From an uncultured Planctomycetota bacterium (lineage in GTDB: Bacteria > Planctomycetota > Planctomycetia > Pirellulales > Lacipirellulaceae): DNA of 64,000 nt. Made by a program: the position numbers and the translations under genes. Each line of letters opens with the position of its first letter. Within the stretch, counting starts at the first letter, position 1. Positions 43,601-54,158 of the stretch are shown here, one piece after another. The notes beneath the pieces were generated by a model. That model ran no database searches. It had not been told where the DNA came from and worked only from the letters and a program-made list of their open reading frames with translations. The stretch is taken from positions 1,312,001 through 1,376,000 of the forward strand of contig CAVRBU010000002.1 of assembly GCA_963719315.1 (NCBI GenBank). Reading direction: 5' to 3'.

Positions 43601-44869
43601 TCGATCGGCGACGAAATTCCAGCCGGCATTGGCGGACCTGTCGAAATCCCCGTTCAGATCGCGGTCGATCCAAACATTACGCTGAGTTCGGCCACGTATA
43701 CCGTTGAGTACGATCCCACCAAGCTGGCCTACGTCGGTGTCGCTGGCGCCGGTGTTTTCAGCGGCTGGGGCATCACGGCGGGCGACAGCACCCCGGCCGG
43801 CACGATCACGGTCTTGATGTCGGATGCCGTGGGCCATACGACGGGCGGATCGGTGGAAAACTTGCAGTTAGCCACAATCACCTTCAATGTGTTGGAAACG
43901 TTCACGGGAGGCACAAGTGCTCTCAACGTAGCCCCGGTCAATCCGAACGAAGGTGGTCTCAGTTGGAGTAACCTGCCCGCCGACGATGGCTCGGTCAAGT
44001 TCGCGTTGCTCGGCGACTACAATCAAAACGGCGTCGTCGACGCGGCCGACTACGTTGTTTACCGCAATACACTGGGCACATCGGTGCCGAATTACACGGG
44101 TGCCGATGGCAACGGCGACGGCATCATAAACTCGGCTGATTACACGGTTTGGCGGAATCATTTTGGCATCGCGGCGACGATTGGCCCCGGGGCGGGCACT
44201 GGTTCGCTTGCGAGTGGAGCCATGACTTCCGAATCGTCGTCGCTGCCCCTCGCCGCGGCGTTCATTGCTTCCGCAATAGACACGACACAACTTGTCGAAA
44301 ACCGCGAATCGCTTTCGAGTGCTCCCTCGATCGCGCCGGTCGCGCTCGTCGAGCGTCAGGTGGCGCGCGACGAAGCGATCGTGGGGCTTGTCGAATCCTT
44401 GGACCCGTCCCGGACGTTCACGCGGCTGCCGGGGGCTCGGGTAACCAAGTCCGGCGCCGCGATCGTCGAATCGGCCGATCGAAACTTGAGCGACTTGTTG
44501 TTCGACCTGGCGGAGGATGACAAATCCGGCATTTACCGGTACGACGACGAAGCCCGTGTGCACGATACGCATTTCGATGCGGATCTTGACGCGGTCGATG
44601 AGCTCTTCGCGGAGTTTCAAGGTAATTCGGTCAAGTTGCGCCGGCGTCTAAGAAGTCGCCGAGCGCACTCTGCCCAAGCCAAAATGCCGCTTGATAGCGG
44701 CGGGCCAATTTGGTTCTGTCTCGGGCAACGCGCGCCACCTGGCGGGGGCATTTTTCACCCGCTTCGCGCCCAGGTGTCGCTAATCTCGCCTCAGCCAAAA
44801 TCGGCCTTGAATCTCCGCGCGCACACACCACCGAAGTTTGTTGCCGGCCCGCGACAGCGAAGCGAGTGA
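28659..44869 (+). CDS. Giant (~5400 aa) planctomycete surface protein: LEPR-XLL-type leader, cadherin/VCBS domains, multiple right-handed beta-helix modules, PKD-like, cohesin-like and dockerin-like C-terminus; 1-nt frameshift near 42641
   Basis: LRIEGLEQRQML leader; PDYEIPADADTDNVYEVQV (cadherin); GDWTYTLDN (VCBS); many NxIxxNxxGI repeats; GDINRDGVIDSID and GDYNQNGVVDAADY...ADGNGDGIINSADYTVWRNHFG. Adding one C gives VTPPGGAGPATVVNGSMAWD and joins the two ORFs. The last ~70 codons look spurious. Confidence 0.88.
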
Positions 44870-45061
44870 GATATTAGCCGATTGCTGAGGATTTATCGCC
44901 AACGGCCAGCAATTGTAGGCATCTCCGCCAGTGGTTGCCGGCTGTCAAGACGATTAGCAAATATGGCCCTTTCGGGCCAATAGCCTGATTCGGTACAATC
45001 TGGCAACCCCGCAACTGTTTCAATCGATTTTCCGCAGCGCCGGTAAGAGGACGGACCGTCA

Positions 45062-46303
45062 GTGGCCGAGTTTTTCGCACAGTATACGTGGCCTTGGCTG
45101 GCATATACGCTGGCCGCGCTGGTCCAAATCTTTCTGATCGTGAATCTAGTGGCCGTCGGCGCCCTCCTCTTTATCTGGATGGAGCGCAAAGTTTCAGGCC
45201 GCATTCAGGACCGGCTTGGCCCGACGCGCGTGGGCGGCCGCTTCGGCTGGCTCCAAACACTTGCCGATGGCCTCAAGCTCCTCACCAAAGAGGATTTGAT
45301 GCCCGACGGTGCGGACCAATTCCTCTTCAAAATCGCTCCTTATGTGAGCTTCTGCGCTTCGCTTTCCGCTTTCATGGCCATACCTTTCGCCGGCGGCGAT
45401 TATCCGTTCGTCGCCCTGCACTTGAATGTCGCCGTGTTTTTCATCCTGGCGGTGATTGGCCTCGAAGTGTTCGGCGTTATCCTCGCCGGCTATTCGTCCG
45501 CGTCCAAATGGTCGCTCTTCGGGGCGATGCGCGAAGCGGCGCAAGTCGTAAGCTACGAGGTGCCGCTCGGCATGTGCGCGGTCGTGCCGGTAATGCTCGC
45601 CGGCTCCATGGATCTCGTCGTCATTGGCGACCGCCAGGCCGGCCCGTTTTGGAATTGGTACATCTTCCACGATCCATTTACGTTCGTGATCTTTTGGGTT
45701 TACTTCACCTGCGCCACAGCTAGCGTAAACCGCGCCCCATTCGACCTTGCCGAGGCCGAAAGCGAGCTCGTGGCCGGCTTCCATACGGAATACTCCGGCC
45801 TGCGCTGGAGCTTTTTCTTCATGGCCGAATACGGTTCGATGCTCGCCGTCAGCCTGTTGGCATCGATCCTTTTCCTCGGCGGGTGGAATGGTCCAATCCC
45901 CGTGGCCCACTTCCTCGGCCTCACATTTGAGCACGGCCATTGGTACGGCATCGCCGGCAACTTACTCGGCACTCTCAACATTCTTACCAAGGGCGTCATA
46001 GGCGTCACCGTCATGATGTGGGTCCGCTGGACGCTTCCGAGACTCCGCATCGACCAGGTGATCACCACATGCTTGAAATACTGCGTGCCGATCGCTGCGG
46101 TCGCGTTTTTAGGGGCCACATTGTGGCAGTATCAGTGGCCACACGGGGCGATCTTCGATACGCAGCAGGCCGCGTATCAGGTCCGCGAACGTTGGGCTGC
46201 GCCGAGCGTCTCAGCCGCGGCCCCAGTGCCTGCTACCAAGAAAACAGCCCGCCTCGAAGTGGCTCCGATCGAGATCGCAACCGGCATCGCCAGGATGGAT
46301 TAA
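45062..46303 (+). CDS. nuoH: NADH-quinone oxidoreductase subunit H
   Basis: ERKVSGRIQDRLGP, QVVSYEVP, NRAPFDLAEAESELVAGFHTEYSG, TLPRLRIDQ. Confidence 0.96.
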   Translation: MAEFFAQYTWPWLAYTLAALVQIFLIVNLVAVGALLFIWMERKVSGRIQDRLGPTRVGGRFGWLQTLADGLKLLTKEDLMPDGADQFLFKIAPYVSFCASLSAFMAIPFAGGDYPFVALHLNVAVFFILAVIGLEVFGVILAGYSSASKWSLFGAMREAAQVVSYEVPLGMCAVVPVMLAGSMDLVVIGDRQAGPFWNWYIFHDPFTFVIFWVYFTCATASVNRAPFDLAEAESELVAGFHTEYSGLRWSFFFMAEYGSMLAVSLLASILFLGGWNGPIPVAHFLGLTFEHGHWYGIAGNLLGTLNILTKGVIGVTVMMWVRWTLPRLRIDQVITTCLKYCVPIAAVAFLGATLWQYQWPHGAIFDTQQAAYQVRERWAAPSVSAAAPVPATKKTARLEVAPIEIATGIARMD

Positions 46304-46309
46304 TTCGCG

Positions 46310-46882
46310 ATGGGTGCCCCGATTTACTGGCCGTCGTTTTTCTTCGTGCTGTTCTCGACGATCGCCTGCGCGTTCGCGGTCGCCGTCGTCGTGACGCCGA
46401 ACATCGTTCGCATGGCCTTTTACCTGGTGCTCTCGCTGGCCGCGACGGCCGGCTTGTTTTTTCTTGCCGGAGCCGATTTCGTCGGGGCCATGCAAATCTT
46501 GATCTACGTGGGTGGAACGCTCGTTTTGTTGGTGTTCGGTGTGATGCTCACATCGCAGGATCGTTTCATCTCGATGAAGACCAGCAAGTTCGAGCTGGGC
46601 ATGGCCGCCGTCGTTGGCACTTGCCTGTTGATTGTGCTCGTCAACGCCGCACGAAGCGTGCCTGAATGGCGCGGCCTGACCGCTGAACAAGTAAGCGCAA
46701 TTCCGCTTGAGCCCACTGCCGCTCCCGTTGGCATGGGATTGCTGGGCGTCCGCGTCGATGCGCCCAATCTCCCTGGTTACTTGCTGATTTTCGAAATCAT
46801 TTCGGTGCACCTGTTGGTGGTGCTGATCGGCGCTGCGTACCTTGCCCGCGCCCGCCGCAAAAGGAGCCTGATCGCCGAATGA
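46310..46882 (+). CDS. nuoJ: NADH-quinone oxidoreductase subunit J
   Basis: QILIYVGGTLVLLVFGVML; YLLIFEIISVHLLVVLIGAA. Confidence 0.95.
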   Translation: MGAPIYWPSFFFVLFSTIACAFAVAVVVTPNIVRMAFYLVLSLAATAGLFFLAGADFVGAMQILIYVGGTLVLLVFGVMLTSQDRFISMKTSKFELGMAAVVGTCLLIVLVNAARSVPEWRGLTAEQVSAIPLEPTAAPVGMGLLGVRVDAPNLPGYLLIFEIISVHLLVVLIGAAYLARARRKRSLIAE

Positions 46883-47238
46883 CACCGCTCATTTTTGCCA
46901 GTTGGTTGACGGAACCCGTCGGCGTCGCCCATTACCTGGTCGTCGGCGCCGTGCTGTTCGTCTGTGGAGCCCTTTGCATGGCCACGAAGCGAAACGCGCT
47001 CGGCGTGCTGATGGGCATCGAGCTCGTGCTCAATGGCGCGAACCTGAACTTCATTGCCTTCGGGAGCCCGTATCTACGGAAGGCCTCCGAGACGATTGGT
47101 CTGGACGGCCAGCTCATGTCGCTATTCGTCATCGTGCTGGCCGCCGCCGAAGCTGCCGTCGCGCTCGCCATTGCCCTTAATTTTTACAACAGCTTCAACA
47201 CGATCGACGTCGATCGGGCCGACCAATTGCAAGGTTAA
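46879..47238 (+). CDS. nuoK: NADH-quinone oxidoreductase subunit K
   Basis: MGIELVLNGANLNF...GQ...AAAEAAVALA. Confidence 0.95.
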   Translation: MTPLIFASWLTEPVGVAHYLVVGAVLFVCGALCMATKRNALGVLMGIELVLNGANLNFIAFGSPYLRKASETIGLDGQLMSLFVIVLAAAEAAVALAIALNFYNSFNTIDVDRADQLQG

Positions 47239-47250
47239 GCCCCACTCGTT

Positions 47251-49782
47251 ATGCAGATTCTACCGACTTTACTTCTGGTCGCTTGGCTGTTGCCGCTTGC
47301 GTCGTTTGCCGCGATTTGCATCGGCTATTCCGTGCCGCAGTTCTTCGGCATCCGTGTCCGCTACAGCACACAGCAATACGCGGCGTACATTTCCATCGGT
47401 GCAATCGTCACCGGCTTTCTGCTGAGCGCGGTGGCCCTCTTCGGCTGCTGGCTGCCTGCTCATCCGCTAACTGGCGGAAACCATGCAGAAGCCGAACACG
47501 AAAAGGAAGCCACAGCAACGCCTAATTCGCCATTTCACTATGCCGTCATGCAAGCGGAGAGCGAGGCAGGCAAAGTCGCCCACGCTGAAGAACACAACAA
47601 CGGCCCTCCCCCCTATATCACGGGCGATTGGTACACGCTCGCCTCATTTGGCAAGCTCAAGCTCACGATCGGCTATTACATCGATACGCTTACCGTCGTC
47701 ATGTTCACGATGGTGACGCTGATCGCCTCCTGCGTGCACGTTTACGCCTTCGGCTACATGCACGATGAGCTGCACGACTACACCGACCATGAAGTCAAGC
47801 TGGGCGACGGCCACCACCTCCATCGCCGCGGCCGGTTCCATCGCTTCTTTCAATACCTGTCGCTGTTCTCGTTCTCGATGCTCGGCATCGTTATCTCCGG
47901 CAATCTGGCAATGACGTTCGTCTTCTGGGAATTGGTCGGCATTTGCTCCTACTTCCTGATCGGTTTCTACATCGAGCGCCACAGTGCCAGCACCGCCGCC
48001 AACAAGGCGTTTATCGTCAATCGCGTCGGCGACTTCGGCATGCTCATCGGCCTGATGGTCATCTTCACGACGCTCGGTACATTTAACTTCGGCGACATGA
48101 CGTCCGACGATGGCACGAAAGAGCTCGGCGTATTCAGCCAGCTCCACACACCCGAGAACGATTACAAACTCGCTCCAACCGACGGCATGATCGCCTTCGC
48201 TGCCCGCGACCAAATCGCTCAAGTCGTGCGCGATTTGGGTTCCACCGAACCGGCTGCGATGCAAGCGGCCGTGACTGCCGAAGTTGCCCGGCTGCGGGAC
48301 GACAACTCCGCCAGATGGGGCCATTGGCTGTTGTTCATCGCCGGCGTCGGCATTTTCTGCGGCTGCGTTGGCAAAAGCGCGCAATTCCCGCTGCATGTGT
48401 GGCTACCCGACGCGATGGAAGGCCCGACGCCGGTTTCCGCCCTCGTCCATTCGGCGACAATGGTCGCCGCCGGCGTGTTTCTCGTCGGCCGCGTCTATCC
48501 GTTGTTTTCGCCCGAGGCGCTGCTGGTGATCGCCGTCGTAGGCTGCATTACATTGTTCATCGCCGCGACGATTGCCGTCACGCAAAACGACATCAAGCGC
48601 GTGCTCGCCTATTCCACCGTCAGCCAGCTCGGCTTCATGATGCTGGCCCTTGGCCTCGGCGGTTGGGTGGCCGGGTTGTTCCACTTGATCACACACGCGT
48701 TTTTCAAAGGCCTGTTGTTTCTTTGCTCAGGCTCGGTAATTCATGCCGTTCACACGAATGACATGCGGGAAATGGGCGGCCTTCGCAAGAAAATGCCGAT
48801 CACGGCCTACACGATGCTCATCGGCTGCCTCGCAATTGCCGGCGTCGGCGTGCCGTTCCTCGCCGGCTTCAGCGGTTTCCATTCCAAAGACGCGATCGTC
48901 GAACAGGCCATGAGCCATTGGCACCATAATTACGCCGATAAGTTCTCGTGGGCCCTCTTTATCGTTCCCGTAATAGGTGCGGCCCTCACCTCGTTCTATA
49001 TGTTCCGACTGTGGTATATGACGTTCGCCGGCGAGCCGCGCGATCATCATCGCTACGAACACGCCCACGAATCGCCGCGCGTCATGACTGCGCCGCTTTT
49101 GCTGCTGGCCATATTTGCTGTTTGCGCCGGCTGGGGTTTGCCATCGTTCCTTCCCAAAATGTTGGCGAATTTCAGTATTCCAAATTTGCTCGAACAAGCG
49201 CGACCGATTGGTACGCTGGCCTCCAAACCGGGCGTGTTTCTGACCGACTTATTCATACCGGGCGAACACCTCGCCCACGAACCCGAGATGTTCCGATCGA
49301 TCAAACTGCCGGCAGGCCTAGCCGCCATCTCCGCCGCAATTCTCGGCATCTGGTTTGCCACAGTCGTTTACTTGTGGCGAAATGTTAGCGCTGAGAAATT
49401 GGCCAAATCGATGCGGCCGCTCTACGAATTGTCGTGGCACAAATGGTGGTTCGATGAGTTGTACGACTTCCTGTTCGTTCGTCCGACGCATGCTGTCAGT
49501 GAGTTCATCGCTCGCACGCTCGACCACGGTCTGATCGACGGAATTATTCACAGCCTGGCGTGGATCTTTCGAGGCTTCGCCGCACTCGTGTCCGTCATCG
49601 GCGATCGTTGGATCATCGACAACAGCGTCGATACGTTCGCAGAGAAAACCTGGGACCTCGGCCTTTCGCTCCGTTCAATTCAAACGGGCCGGCTGCGGCA
49701 GTATGTGATGTTTATCGTCGTCGCCACGATCGTTTTGTTCGTTGTCGCCGGCCTATGGTGGAAATACGCCGTCGCTGGATAG
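47251..49782 (+). CDS. nuoL: NADH-quinone oxidoreductase subunit L
   Basis: WELVGICSYFLIGF, KAFIVNRVGD, KSAQFPLHVWLPDAMEGPTPVSAL, AYSTVSQLG, HAFFK. Confidence 0.96.
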   Translation: MQILPTLLLVAWLLPLASFAAICIGYSVPQFFGIRVRYSTQQYAAYISIGAIVTGFLLSAVALFGCWLPAHPLTGGNHAEAEHEKEATATPNSPFHYAVMQAESEAGKVAHAEEHNNGPPPYITGDWYTLASFGKLKLTIGYYIDTLTVVMFTMVTLIASCVHVYAFGYMHDELHDYTDHEVKLGDGHHLHRRGRFHRFFQYLSLFSFSMLGIVISGNLAMTFVFWELVGICSYFLIGFYIERHSASTAANKAFIVNRVGDFGMLIGLMVIFTTLGTFNFGDMTSDDGTKELGVFSQLHTPENDYKLAPTDGMIAFAARDQIAQVVRDLGSTEPAAMQAAVTAEVARLRDDNSARWGHWLLFIAGVGIFCGCVGKSAQFPLHVWLPDAMEGPTPVSALVHSATMVAAGVFLVGRVYPLFSPEALLVIAVVGCITLFIAATIAVTQNDIKRVLAYSTVSQLGFMMLALGLGGWVAGLFHLITHAFFKGLLFLCSGSVIHAVHTNDMREMGGLRKKMPITAYTMLIGCLAIAGVGVPFLAGFSGFHSKDAIVEQAMSHWHHNYADKFSWALFIVPVIGAALTSFYMFRLWYMTFAGEPRDHHRYEHAHESPRVMTAPLLLLAIFAVCAGWGLPSFLPKMLANFSIPNLLEQARPIGTLASKPGVFLTDLFIPGEHLAHEPEMFRSIKLPAGLAAISAAILGIWFATVVYLWRNVSAEKLAKSMRPLYELSWHKWWFDELYDFLFVRPTHAVSEFIARTLDHGLIDGIIHSLAWIFRGFAALVSVIGDRWIIDNSVDTFAEKTWDLGLSLRSIQTGRLRQYVMFIVVATIVLFVVAGLWWKYAVAG

Positions 49783-49834
49783 ACTTCCATATGTTTTGTC
49801 TCGGCACCTGAAACCTGAACCCTGAACTCTTTCA

Positions 49835-51607
49835 ATGTTCGACTTCACCAATCCCGCCGTGTTCCTGACCTGGCTCGTATTCCTACCGGCTATCGTTGCG
49901 CTCGTCATGGCGTTCCTGCCCGTGCGCGACGAAACGCTCAAACAGATCTCGCTGGTCACAACTGCCGTCGTGTTTATCATGACGCTGTTCATGATCTTTG
50001 GCTGGAGTAAAGTCCAGTTTCACGCTGGAGCCGAACACTCTGGCATGCAGAACCTGTTTTCCATCCCGTGGATTCCGTCGTTCCAAATCCATTATCTGAT
50101 GGGCACCGACGGCATCAGTTTCCCGCTCATCGTACTGACCGCCTTTGTCAGCCTGCTTGCCATGGCCGCCAGTTGGCCAATCAAGAAATACGTAAAAGGC
50201 TATTGCATCCTCTTCCTGCTGCTCGAAACCGGCATGCTGGGCGTGTTCTGCGCCCTCGATTTCTTTCTGTTCTATGTGTTTTGGGAAGTCATGCTGCTGC
50301 CGATGTACTTCCTCATCGGCGTCTGGGGCGGCCCGCGGAAGGAGTACGCCGCGATCAAGTTCTTTCTGTACACACTGGTCGGCAGCGTGCTGATGCTGAT
50401 CGCGATTCTGATGCTGTATTTCAATAGCGACCTCCGAGCGTTGCAAAACGCCGTCCCGCAGCAACAGATTCTGGCAACGGGCGTGATTAACCCGACGCTC
50501 GACGACGCTGCTCAGCAGGCCGAATGGCAGAAGATCGTGTCCTTCGAGTCGCCCGTTCACACGTTTAATATCCTGGCCCTTCAACTTATGGGCCAACACA
50601 CCGATTTGTTCAATGCGCCCTCCTGGGGCGGTCACTCCTTACAATGGTGGGCGTTCATCCTGCTCGGCATCGGCTTCGTCATCAAAGTGCCCAGTGTGCC
50701 GCTCCACACTTGGCTGCCTGATGCACACGTCGAAGCGCCGACGCCCATCTCGATGATCCTGGCCGGCGTGCTCCTGAAAATGGGTGGCTACGGTCTGATC
50801 CGCATCTGTTATCCCATCTGCCCAGCGGCCGGATACGACCTCGCGTATGTTGTCTGCTTCATCGGTGTATTAAGCATGGTCTACGGCGCGTTCGCCGCCA
50901 TGGCCCAAACCGATTTCAAGCGGCTCGTCGCCTACAGCTCCGTCAGCCACATGGGTTACGTTGTCCTCGGCCTCGGCGTCTGGAGCGCCGTCGCTGGCAC
51001 TCAATTCAACTCCGACGCCTGGAGAATGGGCATGAACGGCGCCATGTTCCAGATGATCGCCCACGGCATTAGCTCGGCCGGCATGTTCTTCCTGGTCGGC
51101 GTCGTGTACGACCGCGTCCACCACCGCAATCTCAACGAGTTCGGCGGCTTGTTCGCCAAAATGCCCGTTTACAGCGGCATCGCGGTGGGCATCTTCTTCG
51201 CCGGCCTCGGCCTCCCCGGACTATGTGGTTTCATCGGCGAAGTGCTAGTCGTGCTCTCCGTGTGGAATTTTAGCCAGGCGCTGGCCGTCGTCTCGGCGGC
51301 TGTCGTAATTCTCACCGCCGGCTACATCCTGTGGGCGATCCAGCGCGTCTACCTGGGTGCCGAATACAAAGGTCCGCACGGAGAAGCGCTCACGCCTCTC
51401 ACTCTTCGTGAGTTCTCAATCGCCGCGCCGTTACTGGCCCTGGCGATTTTCTTCGGCGTGAACCCAAACGCACTTTTGAAATACATGCAACCGTCCGTCG
51501 ACAAGACGGTCGTCGAGTTAACCGACTGGACCAAGAAACACGCACCCGCTGCCACGCCGAAACCAATAGCCAAGGAATCTGTCCTCAAACCGCAAACAAA
51601 GTCCTAG
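49835..51607 (+). CDS. nuoM: NADH-quinone oxidoreductase subunit M
   Basis: FYVFWEVMLLPMY, KFFLYT, PLHTWLPDAHVEAPT, LLKMGGYG, AYSSVSHMG. Confidence 0.96.
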   Translation: MFDFTNPAVFLTWLVFLPAIVALVMAFLPVRDETLKQISLVTTAVVFIMTLFMIFGWSKVQFHAGAEHSGMQNLFSIPWIPSFQIHYLMGTDGISFPLIVLTAFVSLLAMAASWPIKKYVKGYCILFLLLETGMLGVFCALDFFLFYVFWEVMLLPMYFLIGVWGGPRKEYAAIKFFLYTLVGSVLMLIAILMLYFNSDLRALQNAVPQQQILATGVINPTLDDAAQQAEWQKIVSFESPVHTFNILALQLMGQHTDLFNAPSWGGHSLQWWAFILLGIGFVIKVPSVPLHTWLPDAHVEAPTPISMILAGVLLKMGGYGLIRICYPICPAAGYDLAYVVCFIGVLSMVYGAFAAMAQTDFKRLVAYSSVSHMGYVVLGLGVWSAVAGTQFNSDAWRMGMNGAMFQMIAHGISSAGMFFLVGVVYDRVHHRNLNEFGGLFAKMPVYSGIAVGIFFAGLGLPGLCGFIGEVLVVLSVWNFSQALAVVSAAVVILTAGYILWAIQRVYLGAEYKGPHGEALTPLTLREFSIAAPLLALAIFFGVNPNALLKYMQPSVDKTVVELTDWTKKHAPAATPKPIAKESVLKPQTKS

Positions 51608-51773
51608 TTATTGCATTTCGCTGCAGTGGACATAGCGTTCACAGATCAGCAGCGAACAACCACTTCATCCCAATGCTCAATTTGCATTTTTCAATTTTCA
51701 ATTTGCAATTCAGACTCTCAGTGTTACTTGTGCCCTGCGTGGCAAATACATAATCGAATTTCTGGAAACCCTC

Positions 51774-53511
51774 GTGTCCCTGCACTCGCTTGTAGATGCC
51801 CTGACATCCGATACGCTTCAGGTGAGCCTTCCCAGGTTCATTCCGGAGCTGCTCATTTGCGCGACGATCGTCCTCATGCTCCTCATGCGGATTGTTCGTT
51901 TCAGCGCGTGGATCGACCCGTTCTGGGTAGCGCTCGTCGGCATGGCCGCTGCATTCTACTTTGCGATCCCCGAAGGCGGCATCAAAGCACTCGGCTCCGT
52001 TCCCCGACAGGAGCTCTTTACCGGAATGCTGGTCTATGATTCGATGACCGCCTTCTTCCGCATGTTCCTCGTCGCGTTCGCGTTCTTGTTCATCATCCTG
52101 GTGCGGATGACCGGCCTCGCCGACCGGCAGGACGGGCAGGATTTTTACGCGCTCCTGCTCGGAGCCACGCTCGGCATGTGCATCATGGCCTCGGCTAACC
52201 ATCTGATAACGGTCTTCCTGGGCGTCGAGATGGCGAGTGTCCCTTCGTATGTAATGGCCGGAATCCTTAAAGGCCGCCGCCGCGCGAGCGAAGCATCGCT
52301 CAAATACGCCGTCTACGGAGCCGGCGCGGCCGGCGTGATGCTCTACGGCATCAGCTTGTTAGCGGGCCTGACGGGCTCCGCCCATCTGCCAACGATCGCC
52401 GCGAAGCTCGCTTCGATGGATATTCCGGCCATGATCGCCGCCGGCAAAGGTGGCGGAACTCTCATGGTCCTTGTGCTTGCAGGATTGATGATCATGGTCG
52501 GCTTGGCGTTTAAGCTCTCGGCCGTGCCGTTTCACTTCTGGTGTCCAGACGTTTTCGAAGGCGCTTCCGCAGAAGTCGATGCGTTCCTTTCCGTCGCCTC
52601 GAAAGCCGCCGCGATGGCCCTACTGGTCCGCGTCGCCATCGGCATCGGCACCGCGCCGATCGCCGCGCCGCCAAACGCCCGGGTGCCACTGGCTCCGCCA
52701 GTGCTCGCTCAATCTTTCCCCGCCCAAATCGTCGCGTTTCAACAAACTACTACCGGCGAGGCCGCTCCAGCGGCCGTGAAACCAAGCGCCTCAACCGTGT
52801 CCGCCGGCCCCGCCCCTCTCGCGCCCGTTCGCCGCTTCATCGTCCTACTGCTCGCCGTCGTTGCCGCCGTCACTTGCACGTTCGGCAATCTTGCGGCCTA
52901 CGGCCAAACGAACATCAAGCGCATGCTGGCCTATTCCACGATCGCCCATGCCGGTTACATGATCATGGCCGTCGCTGCCGCCGTCCAATTGGCCGGCACA
53001 AACGTCGTCGGCGCTCGCGAAGCCGTCACGGCCCTGCTCTTCTACCTCAGCGTGTACGTCTTCATGAATCTTGGCGCCTTCGCGATCGTCGCGTTCCTCC
53101 GCAACTCGCTCGGAAGCGAAGAGATTGCGGACTACGCCGGCCTCATTCGCAGCGCCGCTCGTTGCCGTGGCGCTCACCGGCATCCTCGTGAGCCTCATCG
53201 GCATTCCTCCACTAGCCGGCTTCATGGGCAAATTCGCGATTTTCCAATCGCTTGTCGTCGCCGGCGGACCTTGGATGATCGGCCTGTTGGTAATCGCCGG
53301 TATCAACACTGCAATCTCGCTGGTGTACTATCTGCGCGTGGCTAAAGTCGTGTGCATCGATCCGGCCCCAGTTGACCGCGGCACCGTAAGCGTCGGATTC
53401 CTACCTGCCTTGTACGTGCTCATCGTCGCCGTACCGGTACTCGTTTATGGGATTATCCCGGCCAGCGTATTCGACATAGCCCGCGACGCCGCGCAACAAT
53501 TAATGATGTAG
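51774..53511 (+). CDS. nuoN: NADH-quinone oxidoreductase subunit N; frameshift near 53154
   Basis: EASLKY, FKLSAVPFHFWCPDVFEG, KRMLAYSTIAHAGY. The C-terminal SLIGIPPLAGFMGK...YYLR lies in the shifted frame (53071-53511). Confidence 0.93.
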
Positions 53512-53548
53512 AATCTCCTTGTCTCCCCTTCTCCTTGTTTCCCTGTCT

Positions 53549-54019
53549 ATGTCCTCTCCCGAAACGATCGACACCCTGAACCGAGTGCTGGAAATTCTCG
53601 GGCGTTCGTTCCCGCAGTACCTGCGCTGGGCCCGCCCGTACATACCAGCCGGCCGCGAAAACGTGATGCAAACGATCGAAACGATCGTCGCCGGACAAGA
53701 TGAACTCGCCGAACGCGTGAGCCTGCAAGTGTTCGAGTCGGGCGGACTACCGGACCACGGCGAATTTCCGATCGAGTTCACCGATACACACGACCTGAGC
53801 ATCGACTTCCTCGTCGATGAAGCAATCGATTGCATGAAGCAAGATATCATTGAATTGCAAGGCTGCGTCGACGCCCTCCGACTTTCTCCCGCCGCCCAAT
53901 CGCTGGCGTCCGAAGCACTCGGCCTAACGCGGGGCCACCTCGAACTCCTGGAAAAACTCCCGCTCGACCCGGCCGACTCCTCGATCCTCGTCACAAAACC
54001 GGCATTTAACAACAACTAG
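53549..54019 (+). CDS. Ferritin-like four-helix hypothetical protein
   Basis: Helical acidic ORF (TLNRVL...SFPQYL...FPIEFTDTHDLSIDFL) directly after nuoN; fold inferred. Confidence 0.65.
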   Translation: MSSPETIDTLNRVLEILGRSFPQYLRWARPYIPAGRENVMQTIETIVAGQDELAERVSLQVFESGGLPDHGEFPIEFTDTHDLSIDFLVDEAIDCMKQDIIELQGCVDALRLSPAAQSLASEALGLTRGHLELLEKLPLDPADSSILVTKPAFNNN

Positions 54020-54158
54020 CCGGCACTCGCGTGCGGCCGACTACGATAGGCCGTCGATATGGCCGAGACAGACGACTCCAATGATCGTCCCGAACCGAGA
54101 GATCAAACCTCACTCAGTACCTCCAAATTTCGAGACTGGCGAGGAAATGAATTACTGA

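Noticed and set aside
42683..44869. Separate 728-aa dockerin gene
   Set aside because: It has no signal peptide, and one added C in the CCC run at 42640-42642 fuses it to the giant ORF.
28659..44869. Diversity-generating retroelement target or polymorphic toxin
   Set aside because: No reverse transcriptase, no adenine-specific TR/VR pair, and no toxin/immunity module seen.
53071..53511. Programmed frameshifting or pseudogenisation of nuoN and the other split genes
   Set aside because: No slippery heptamer is visible, and the pattern across unrelated genes fits sequencing error.
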